DNA of 29,208 nt, taken from Candidatus Helarchaeota archaeon (GTDB taxonomy: Archaea > Asgardarchaeota > Lokiarchaeia > Helarchaeales > RDOG01). Under the pieces are notes generated by a model, which saw nothing but the letters and a program-made list of their open reading frames with translations, had not been told where the DNA came from and did not search any database. The position numbers and the translations under genes were made by a program. The stretch is taken from assembly GCA_029838215.1 (NCBI GenBank), contig JALGVI010000045.1, positions 1 through 29,208 on the forward strand. The letters are read 5' to 3'. This document shows, one piece after another, positions 1-8,104 of the stretch; within the stretch, counting starts at the first letter, position 1; each line of letters opens with the position of its first letter.

Positions 1-2645
1 TTCTTCAGGAATGAAATCCTTGGCGGCATCTCGAGCTGAATCATCGAACTTTTGAATGCGTCGTTTTCGTTTTAATTCATCGGGTATGTGGTCTTTCGCC
101 ACGTTTCTGGCAGAATCGCTGAGTTTTGGTTTTGATCGCGGTCGCTTTGTCTGGTAAGGGAGGAAATCCTTTGCTTCATCTCGGGCTGTATCTTGGAGCA
201 AAATTTTACGTTTTGGTAACTTTTTTCCAGCTACTTCCTCGAGGATTTCTTCGTGTTCTTTGTCGACTTTCGCAAAAGTAGGTCCTGTTGATTCTATTTT
301 TTTTCGTTTTTTCTTTTCACGGGCGTGAATGGGTTTTGTGTCAAATTTTTTGAAGGTGGGTTCATAAGATTCGGATTTTTTTCTTCTTTTTACAGGAGGT
401 GCTTTTTCCTGTAAGAGATCAGGATCAGATTCTTTTTTCTCGGCTTGCATTTCCTGTTCGATTCTTCGAAATGTTCCTCCTTCATCTTCTAGCTTCTGTC
501 TTTTCCTAACGGGTTTTTTTGTAGGAAGAAGAACAGAATCATCTTTTTCCCATTCCTCTTTCATTTGAGCATCAATTCGTTTGAAAGTACCTTCTTCATC
601 CATGTATTTCAATGATTTTTGTTCTAATTCATCAAAGTAAGACCTTAATTTCTTTTTCTTATCTGCCGTGATGATATATTCATCTTTATCGTAAATTTCT
701 TTCATCTCTTTCTCTATGCGTGCAAATGTTCCCTCATCATCTCTCAAGATTTCACGATATCGTTTAATTTCAACTCGGGCAGCTGCTTCGTATTTTTCAC
801 CCAGTAAATCATCCATCAACTCGGCAGTAGTGCGATATTTTTTGGCACGGGCAAGCAAGTTTTCTTCTTTTCGTTCCCATTCTGGTTTTTCCTGCGAAGG
901 GATGAAATCCTGAGCAACATCACGAGCCGAAAAATCTTTTAATTCGGTCAAATCACGTCTTTTTGACTTTTTTCCAGCTACTTCATTGTAAACTTCCTTG
1001 TATTTCTCGTCCATTAGTTCGGCAGTTGTTCTATATTGACTTGCAGCTGCCAAATCTTTAGATTTCGAAGTATCGGGAAGAAGTTCGGCTTCTTTGGAAT
1101 CAGGAACGACCAAGTCGGGAGCCGCATCTCTTGGAGAAAAATCTTTTAATTCGTCCTGAATGGAACGTCGCCGTTGGACTTTAGAACCGGCAATACGTTC
1201 ATATTCATCTTTTAATTCAGCATCTAAGAGCTCTGCCGTGGTCAGATATTTTCCCTTCGTGGATCTTCTAGGTTTTGTACCCATCTGTTTTATTTCCTGA
1301 GAGCTGACACCTTTCTCTATCTTAGGAGACCAATCTCGTGCCACATCTCGTGGAGAAAATTCCAAGAGTTCATCTTGCTCTTCTCCTTTCCGTCTTTGAG
1401 TTGGAGTTACTTGGTTTTCAATAATCCCCTGAGCATCAAGCCATTCCGCAGTAGAACGATATTCGACACCGGAAGTTTTACCACGAGTAGGACGCACGGG
1501 TTGTGCTTCATCAAGCAGGTAATCTTGGGCAGCATCTCTAGGAGAGAACTCCTTCACTTCATCTTGAATGACCCTTTTTCGTGTCGTGCTCCCAACAACC
1601 GTTTCGGGAGCACTTCCCTGTTCGGCATCAAGCCATTCAGCGGTTGAAGTAAATCTTCGGGAATGTAATCTTGTACTATGTCTCTAGGAGAGAACTCCTT
1701 CACTTCATCTTGAATGACCCTTTTTCGTGTCGTGCTCCCAACAACCGTTTCGGGAGCACTTCCCTGTTCGGCATCAAGCCATTCAGCGGTTGAAGCGGTT
1801 GAACGATATTCGGCGTCTGGAATTTTACGTCTGGTTTGAGTGGCAGGATGTAAATCTTCGGGAATGTAATCTTGTACTGCATCTCTAGGAGAGAATTCTT
1901 TAACATCTACTTGACTCATGCCTGCTCTGCGGGGCTTCAATAATTCTTGTTCTTCGACATTGCCTTGTTGTGCTTCTAGCCATGCAGCAGTTGATTCATA
2001 CCCGTCTATGTCAGATTGTGATTTCGGGACTTGAAATTGTCGTGCCACTTGTGATTCGGGGGATCCCGTTTCTGTTTCTGTATCGAGTGCTTTCCAAGTT
2101 GGAATATATTCTTCATTTTCAGCAATCGGACTCTGAGTTGAAGGTTGAGTTTCTGTTTCAGGTGGAATTCTCTGTTTTAAAATTTCTGCAGAATTGGGCT
2201 CAACGGCGGCAGGTTCTTTCTTTGGACCCTTTACTAGAGCATTTAATTGATCGAGCATGCTATCCACGGATGATCCTCCTGAATAGGCTTCTTCTTCCCG
2301 TGTCATATCTTGTTCTTGATAATCATAACTCTGCTCTAAATTAGAATGCTCTGCGGTAGGATATTCCTGATAATGTCCTTGATATTGTTCCGCTTGGTTC
2401 TGATCGTATTCCATTGGAGTTTGTTCTTGATAATATACGGCTTGAGCTTCCTGGCTCACATCATGACCGTGATCTGAAGTGATTTCTGTAGCAGTCTGCG
2501 GTGCTATTTCTCCTTGTGGATAACAATATGCACAATAAGAACCGTATGCGTAGTAACAGGAGGTGCACAGTGGCGTCCCGCAGTTTTGACATTGAATGAC
2601 TTGTTCAGCTTCAAAATTCCTACCACATCTTCCACATTGGGGCAA
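1..2645 (-). CDS. Large low-complexity repeat protein with N-terminal 8-Cys (FYVE-like spacing) zinc finger; frameshifted near 1650; 3' end outside the window
   Basis: Track ORF 1554..2645 starts MPQCGRC-x11-CQNC-x4-CTSC-x7-CAYC. Manual translation of the frame with codons starting at 1650 is stop-free down to base 1 (550 codons, ...TSTAEWLDAEQG...DDSARDAAKDFIPEE) and carries the same motifs. This frame has no Met until about 1284, so the two frames look like one gene. Confidence 0.8.
1535..1795. repeat. Exact 115-bp direct repeat (1535..1649 = 1681..1795, period 146 bp); also 1649..1677 = 1850..1878
   Basis: Base-by-base comparison: both copies run tctctaggagagaactcc...cattcagcggttgaag. 146 is not a multiple of 3, which explains the frameshift. 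Confidence 0.95.
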
Positions 2646-3034
2646 TTCTAAAACAACCTTATATTATTTTTGGGATTCGTAATTTTTTTCACTAAAAATT
2701 CAATTTTTTGCAAGGAATACGTGATCTGAGAAGACTTTTTGGAATTTTTTCTATCGAAAATTGATCACAACTAATTTACTTAAAGCCCGACACAAGTATT
2801 TTAATCATTCGAGATCTTCTAAGTCAAAATTATGACTAGAAATTAATAAATTGGAATTTATAGATCTGTTATTAGAGATATTTCAAAGAACTTCATAATT
2901 CATGCAAAATTCTTTAAAGATTTTTAGAAAAAATATTGGATCATGATAATTTCCGCGTGACTTTCCTTGCAATATTGCGGAATAGCATGGATTTCGGTAA
3001 AAATTTCAAAAAAGAATAAAAAAAGGAGAAAAAT

Positions 3035-3703
3035 TTGGAGAAAATCGATATAGAAAAAATCATAGGCGGAGTTCTGGCAAGGCGTGTCATCCTTGAGACA
3101 TTGTTAGAGGGTCCTAAGACAGGAACAGAGTTAAGATGGGCTTTGGCAGATCGATTTGATCGACGAATCGATGGTGTATCAGATGCCTTGCTATATTTCA
3201 ATTTACAACACCTTGAAAACACGGGTCTTATATTGCGAAAAAAGGAATGGAAGTCGAAGTACGCCAGCATCATTGCCAGTAAAATCCAATTTATTCGTAA
3301 CTTTTTTCATGTTTCGGCTCCAGTTACAGTGGTGAGTGGTATAGATGATGATCCAAACCTTATACGTACTTTAAGGATGAATTTCAGACGCCAAAAAGCC
3401 ATTTCACCTGAAAAATTTTATTTTATCGCATCTGATAAGTTAAAGCGAAGGGCCGCAGGATTATTTGAAGGTGTTAAGATTTTTTACGTCGAAGATGAGG
3501 TTTTCAAGAACGATTTCAGAAACATGTCTTCCTTCATACGAGAAATAATAGACGGTGAAATCGCATCAAATGAAATCATTGTAAATGTTGCATCAGGATC
3601 TCGGATTTGTTCTTTAACGCTTTTAAGATTTGCAATGCAATATACACTTCGTTGTTTCTACTTAGACAAAAATGAAGAAATTTATTGGTTTCTAGACGAG
3701 TAA
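3035..3703 (+). CDS. Winged-HTH (PadR/ArsR-like) + C-terminal CARF-like domain protein; putative ligand-responsive transcription regulator
   Basis: TTG start with AGGAG at 3024-3028. N-terminus RRVILETLLEGPKTGTELR...LYFNLQHLENTGLI fits a wHTH. C-terminus VTVVSGIDDDP ... IIVNVASGSRICSLTLLRFA...CFYLD fits the CARF pattern (strand-(T/S)GG(R/K)-helix-FY). Confidence 0.7.
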   Translation: MEKIDIEKIIGGVLARRVILETLLEGPKTGTELRWALADRFDRRIDGVSDALLYFNLQHLENTGLILRKKEWKSKYASIIASKIQFIRNFFHVSAPVTVVSGIDDDPNLIRTLRMNFRRQKAISPEKFYFIASDKLKRRAAGLFEGVKIFYVEDEVFKNDFRNMSSFIREIIDGEIASNEIIVNVASGSRICSLTLLRFAMQYTLRCFYLDKNEEIYWFLDE

Positions 3704-3730
3704 ATAAAAAGTAAAGAAAAAATAGCAAAG

Positions 3731-4237
3731 TTATTGTTTCAGAAGAAGATCAGACAGAAGTTTAAAGGATTCTTCTACATTTTCTCCGGAACTCGCAGAT
3801 GTTTCGAAAAATGGAACGTTTATTTTCTTGCTATACGCTTCACCCTCTTCCTTGGTAACTTTTCTTTGATCTGCAAGGTCGACTTTGTTTCCCATTAAGA
3901 TACTAGGAATATCCCCACAATAATTGCGAAGGTTTTCTACCCATTCATCCAACTCATCATATGTTTCCTTTCGAGTAATGTCATAAACTATTAAACAACC
4001 ATTTGCTTCTTGGTAATAATCTCGGCGAATCCATTTAAATCTAGAATCACCAGCTAAATCCCAAATCTGGAGAAGAACACGTTTATCAGGATAATCAAGA
4101 TACTTTATTGTAAAATCTGCTCCAATCGTTTTTAAATACGATTCGGAAAATTTTCCGGTTGTAAATCGTCGAATCAAGCTCGTCTTGCCAACTGCTGGTT
4201 CGCCAATTGTTACAATTTTAAATCCATAGGTCTTCAT
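3731..4237 (-). CDS. Rab-like small GTPase (Ras superfamily)
   Basis: G1 GEPAVGKT, G2 YLKTIG, G3 WDLAG, G4 NKVD, G5 ETSA. RabF1-5-like motifs IGADF, LLQIW, RFKWIR, YYQEA, LIVYDIT. AGGAG upstream. Confidence 0.95.
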   Translation of the reverse strand: MKTYGFKIVTIGEPAVGKTSLIRRFTTGKFSESYLKTIGADFTIKYLDYPDKRVLLQIWDLAGDSRFKWIRRDYYQEANGCLIVYDITRKETYDELDEWVENLRNYCGDIPSILMGNKVDLADQRKVTKEEGEAYSKKINVPFFETSASSGENVEESFKLLSDLLLKQ

Positions 4238-4336
4238 CTTAATTAGATGCTCCTTTTTAATTAGATTCTAATAACGGGTTTTTCATCTACTCAAGTCCCA
4301 ACTGCCAACACTTACCAAATTATAATATTTGAACAT

Positions 4337-4933
4337 TTATATGTTTTTAACTTTTGAATCTGGAATTTCATCAAGTTCAATTAAAAACTTCATAAACCGA
4401 TTTTTAATTTCCAACGAAACCAGTGAAATGATAAGGGGGGGGAGAAGGTCTTCTTCGGTAATTTGAATGTAAAGAATTGAAACTCCATTATTCTTTTCCA
4501 TCTTTTTAAGAGCTCCGTGAAGATTCTCAGCTTTTTGAATTTTATAGATTTTCTCAAATCCCATTGACTTGAGTACCTTTAAAAACTCGAATTTTTGAGA
4601 TGAAACAAAAAATTGATTTGAAGATTTAGATGGGATTTGAAAATCAAATAGGACAAGGATGAGGTTTGAAATGTCGTAGTTTTGAAGAGCATGAATCGTT
4701 CCAAGGTTATTTAGAAAATCCCGTGTTTCTTGAAGAACAAATATGCGATTTTTTAAGTTAAGTGCCAATCCTAGGGAAAGCGTAATGCAATTCCCGAAGT
4801 CTGCAGTCATGTAAAAATTGCCTGGGCGATCATATCGAAAAAGAGATTGAGACAGAAATCCCGGTGGTGAAACAATGACATCAAATTGTTTCAAGGAGTC
4901 CTTGAAAAATTTGAGTACTTCATTAATATTCAA
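4337..4933 (-). CDS. Degenerate TPP-binding (PP) domain protein, ComE / phosphonopyruvate decarboxylase beta-like
   Basis: NFYMTADFGNCITLSLGLALN..RIFVLQETRDFLNNLGTI...NLILVLFD matches the ComE/Ppd-beta pattern (NFYM.G.MG....GLG.AL...V....GDG...MN.G.......N.....DN), but GDG and DN are replaced. Confidence 0.65.
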   Translation of the reverse strand: MNINEVLKFFKDSLKQFDVIVSPPGFLSQSLFRYDRPGNFYMTADFGNCITLSLGLALNLKNRIFVLQETRDFLNNLGTIHALQNYDISNLILVLFDFQIPSKSSNQFFVSSQKFEFLKVLKSMGFEKIYKIQKAENLHGALKKMEKNNGVSILYIQITEEDLLPPLIISLVSLEIKNRFMKFLIELDEIPDSKVKNI

Positions 4934-5429
4934 TGAACTCCCTCCAAATTGAGTTGTTTAGATGAATGATTGTCGGTGTTTGAAGTCTCATGCCTAATTC
5001 ATTAACATCCTTCATGAATGGAATGTTTTTCATTTTACGTATTGAAAAAAATGGAATGTTTATTGCGCGGAAAATTCTCTTAAGTCTCTTGACGTGTTGA
5101 CGTTCAATATTTTCGTTAAAAATATTGCTTATCAGAATGATTAATAGCGAGAATTCATAACCGTTCTGAAAAATTCTTACGGATCTCAGAATTTCATCTG
5201 CTTTCAAGCTATCAATGAAAAGAACTGGAGAGGTTCTACATATCATTTGAGCAGCCGCCATTCCAAAAAGATCGGGGATTGTAAATCCAAGATATGACTT
5301 GAATTGGAATAATTTATTCTTTTCATCTAAATAAAGCTTGAATAGAGATGATAAATCAGAATGCATTATGAGCCATCTCTTATTTAGTTTAACCAATTCT
5401 TTAAAGATGGGCTGAAAGTTTCTCTCCAT
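4923..5429 (-). CDS. Degenerate PYR-domain protein, ComD / phosphonopyruvate decarboxylase alpha-like
   Basis: DLFGMAAAQMICRTSPVLFIDS...FSLLIILISN...FRAINIPF...TPTIIHL follows the ComD layout. It overlaps the ComE-like gene by 11 bp in the usual alpha-then-beta order. Confidence 0.5.
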   Translation of the reverse strand: MERNFQPIFKELVKLNKRWLIMHSDLSSLFKLYLDEKNKLFQFKSYLGFTIPDLFGMAAAQMICRTSPVLFIDSLKADEILRSVRIFQNGYEFSLLIILISNIFNENIERQHVKRLKRIFRAINIPFFSIRKMKNIPFMKDVNELGMRLQTPTIIHLNNSIWREFIEY

Positions 5430-5459
5430 TAAATCGAATCCTTTTTTTCCTTCAATTAT

Positions 5460-6053
5460 TTATGGATTCTTTTTTAATTTATAAGTATATTTGGAAATAC
5501 GATAAATTGCTGTTATGTTGGAAATCACGGCTGCGACCATCATTCCCACGGGGGGAAGAAGGATGAAGCTAAAGATGCACAAAATCATTAACCGCTCCGA
5601 TCGGGCTGCAAAACCAATATTTGTTTCTTTCAATCCCCAATATTCGGCTATACTTCTGGAATAACTAACCATGAAAAATCCAATTATGGCTAAAAACACC
5701 CAAAAGAGAAGAGGAAATGGATACCAGTAAAAAAAACGAATATACGCTACAAAATAGCCGAAAATTACGATAAAATCGGTGATTCGATCGATCACGGAAT
5801 CAAGAAACCCTCCAAACCTAGTAATGGAATCGGTCATACGAGCTAGCGCACCATCTACGCCATCAAATAAGATTAAGAGAAAAAGAAAAAGACCGTGAAA
5901 TTCAGTTCCCAGTACGAAGATGAAATAGCAATTCACATTAATGGCAAAAAACAGGGAGATTCCCGCGGAAATGGAAAATATAAGAGAAAATAACGTGATT
6001 GTATTCGGTGTTGCACCTAATTTATGAAACTGTCTTGCAAGATATCGTATCAA
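5460..6053 (-). CDS. CDP-alcohol phosphatidyltransferase family protein (archaetidylinositol-phosphate synthase / PgsA / DIPPS-like)
   Basis: TPNTIT plus the intact signature DGVDGALAR-x8-GGFLDSVIDRITD; RSERL near the C-terminus; hydrophobic helices. Confidence 0.93.
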   Translation of the reverse strand: MIRYLARQFHKLGATPNTITLFSLIFSISAGISLFFAINVNCYFIFVLGTEFHGLFLFLLILFDGVDGALARMTDSITRFGGFLDSVIDRITDFIVIFGYFVAYIRFFYWYPFPLLFWVFLAIIGFFMVSYSRSIAEYWGLKETNIGFAARSERLMILCIFSFILLPPVGMMVAAVISNITAIYRISKYTYKLKKNP

Positions 6054-6115
6054 ACGACCTTTAAACAGATTTTTTAACCGATATTTAGAAGATATAAAAA
6101 TTCACCACCAAAGAT

Positions 6116-6853
6116 CTATTCGAGTTTCATTCTTTGAATTATTTGCTTGATATCTTCAGGCGAATCCATGTCTTGCCAAAAATATCCTTTAAACTTAATG
6201 GATCTAATAAATAAACCTGATTTTATGCCAATATTCAGGGCTTCAATGAGACGTGTCTTCCCAAAATCCACAGCTTTTCTTGCATGTATAAATACATTTT
6301 TCGTGCAATGTAAAAGAGGAATCGGAGTTCTCATCAAATAATTTCTTTTAGTCAGGATTAATTCATTAAAGCCTAAGAGACTTCCTTCTTCGACTTGACT
6401 TGATCCAGGGATGGGTTCAATGAACACTTTAGATTTTGATCTGGAGCTTAATTCATCAACAGCAATCGTGATTTCATCTGAAACGGTATATTTGAGGAAT
6501 TCTTTCATCAATTGGGAATCGAGAAAAAGATCTGCTGGTGTCACTAAAAAATTTTCATCCAGAATATGATTTTCGGCGTTTAAAAAAGTGAATAGAGGTC
6601 CAAATTCATATTTTTCAGCATTAACAAAAGTAATTAGGTCTGAATTATGCCAATTCTCGGAAATAAAATCCTGAATTCGTTCGCCTTGGTATCCGAGCAG
6701 TATTATAAAATCGGTCATTCCCGCTTCCAATTGAGTAGAGAGAAGATGTTCTAATATTGTTTTCTTTCCTATTTTAATTAATGGTTTGGGCACATTTTCT
6801 TGAAAATTCCTTATTCGGGTTCCGAAACCTGCTGCGAGAATCACGGACTTCAT
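6116..6853 (-). CDS. NTP_transferase family nucleotidyltransferase (cytidylyltransferase-like: LicC/IPCT/PntC type)
   Basis: VILAAGFGTR...PKPLIKIG at the N-terminus, C-terminal WQDMDSPED, no left-handed beta-helix domain. ATGA overlap with sua5. Confidence 0.85.
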   Translation of the reverse strand: MKSVILAAGFGTRIRNFQENVPKPLIKIGKKTILEHLLSTQLEAGMTDFIILLGYQGERIQDFISENWHNSDLITFVNAEKYEFGPLFTFLNAENHILDENFLVTPADLFLDSQLMKEFLKYTVSDEITIAVDELSSRSKSKVFIEPIPGSSQVEEGSLLGFNELILTKRNYLMRTPIPLLHCTKNVFIHARKAVDFGKTRLIEALNIGIKSGLFIRSIKFKGYFWQDMDSPEDIKQIIQRMKLE

Positions 6854-7494
6854 GATTCATCCACCAATCCAGAGAGATCCAGGGATCCCTTTCGCAAGAT
6901 CCTTATCTCACTCGTGGATACATCAACGATTGTTGACGGTTTGCCATGCTTGCAGGAACCCATATCAATGATTAAATCAACCCTTGAAAGAACATCCGGC
7001 GATATATCGCTGATTTGAACGGGATCTGGTTCTGAAGAAAGATTTGCACTAGTTCCAATGAGATATCCGTTGGCGGCTTCCATCAATTTTAGGCAAAAAT
7101 CATGTTTGGGTATGCGAATTGCAACGGTATTTTGATATCCTGTCAAAATGTCGGGAACGATCTCTTTCTTCTGCAAAATTAATGTCATTTGTCCGGGCCA
7201 ATATTTTTTACCAAGTTCTACAGCAATTTCATTTAAGTAGCAGATCTCAGAAACTTTTTCAATCGAATGACTTAATACAGGAAGACCCTTCTCAAATGAT
7301 CGCCTTTTAATTGAGAAAACCTTCTTGATTACATTTATATCAAGAGGATTCCCCCCCAAGCCATATAAAGTGTCTGTAGGATAAATTATGGTCTTGCCCT
7401 TCAAAACATAATTGTCAGCGATTGCATTTATTTGTTCCTTGCTGACGGGTTTTTGCAGAAATTGCAAGTTTTTAATATTCTTATCGATTATCAT
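6850..7494 (-). CDS. sua5: L-threonylcarbamoyladenylate synthase (Sua5/YrdC/TsaC), short single-domain form
   Basis: YPTDTLYGLG, KRR, WPGQMTLIL, VAIRIP, TSANLS, STIVD motifs. Confidence 0.95.
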   Translation of the reverse strand: MIIDKNIKNLQFLQKPVSKEQINAIADNYVLKGKTIIYPTDTLYGLGGNPLDINVIKKVFSIKRRSFEKGLPVLSHSIEKVSEICYLNEIAVELGKKYWPGQMTLILQKKEIVPDILTGYQNTVAIRIPKHDFCLKLMEAANGYLIGTSANLSSEPDPVQISDISPDVLSRVDLIIDMGSCKHGKPSTIVDVSTSEIRILRKGSLDLSGLVDES

Positions 7495-7582
7495 TTTGAT
7501 TTTCCATGTTTATTATGAGTATTTTAAATAAAAATTTCTTAACTTCAGAAATTGTTTTTAATCGAAGTTTTAGATTGATAGA

Positions 7583-8101
7583 ATGATGATTAGATTTTTA
7601 ATTTCATGTCCCCGACTGCACGAAAAAGATGCTTGTATTGAAGCCAGGTACATGTTTTCTTCCATTGATATTTCACTTTCCTGTAAAAGAACTCGGATTC
7701 CGGGTTTGGTATTGGGAAGTTTAAAAGAAGAGCTTGATTTACCAGAAGTCATCGAAAAATTGAAAGATCTGCTTCAGGAAGAAGCATATGGTTTTCATTT
7801 CGTGTTGAAACTAACGCCTCTTGAACTTTTTGTCCCCAGCACGCTTGAAGAAATCTTGAATGCAACTTCTCAGCTTAAAGACAAAATAAAAAAAGGAGAG
7901 AAATTTAAAATTGAACTTCAAAAAAGGTTCACGACACTTCGTTCTGCAGACATCATTCAAGAAGTAGCATCACTAATTGAGCATGACGTTGATCTCAGCA
8001 ATCCTGATAAAATTCTATTGATTCAAATTGTAGGGGAACATACAGGGCTTTCAGTTCTAAAGCCAAACGACATTATTTCAGTTGTAAAGCTGAAAAGATG
8101 A
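7583..8101 (+). CDS. THUMP-domain protein (Tan1-like RNA-binding)
   Basis: C-terminal FKIELQKR...VDLSNPDKILLIQIVG...GLSVL is a typical THUMP core. Confidence 0.88.
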   Translation: MMIRFLISCPRLHEKDACIEARYMFSSIDISLSCKRTRIPGLVLGSLKEELDLPEVIEKLKDLLQEEAYGFHFVLKLTPLELFVPSTLEEILNATSQLKDKIKKGEKFKIELQKRFTTLRSADIIQEVASLIEHDVDLSNPDKILLIQIVGEHTGLSVLKPNDIISVVKLKR

Positions 8102-8104
8102 ATG

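Noticed and set aside
1700-1906. 68-aa minus-strand ORF sharing a C-terminus with ORF 1554..2645
   Set aside because: Out-of-frame reading of the duplicated 115-bp block, not a separate gene.
1-2000. Repeats as a possible CRISPR array
   Set aside because: The repeats are degenerate at DNA level, conserved at protein level and in frame, with no constant-length repeat/spacer pattern.
716-2344. Plus-strand ORFs 716..913, 1375..1647 and 1970..2344
   Set aside because: Antisense shadows of the long repeat-protein gene; no motifs or RBS.
2694-2708. Dyad AAAAATT-C-AATTTTT upstream of the repeat gene
   Set aside because: Pure A/T low complexity, expected by chance in this intergenic DNA.
2941-3273. 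110-aa minus-strand ORF
   Set aside because: Antisense to the wHTH-CARF gene, which has a clear RBS and domain signature.
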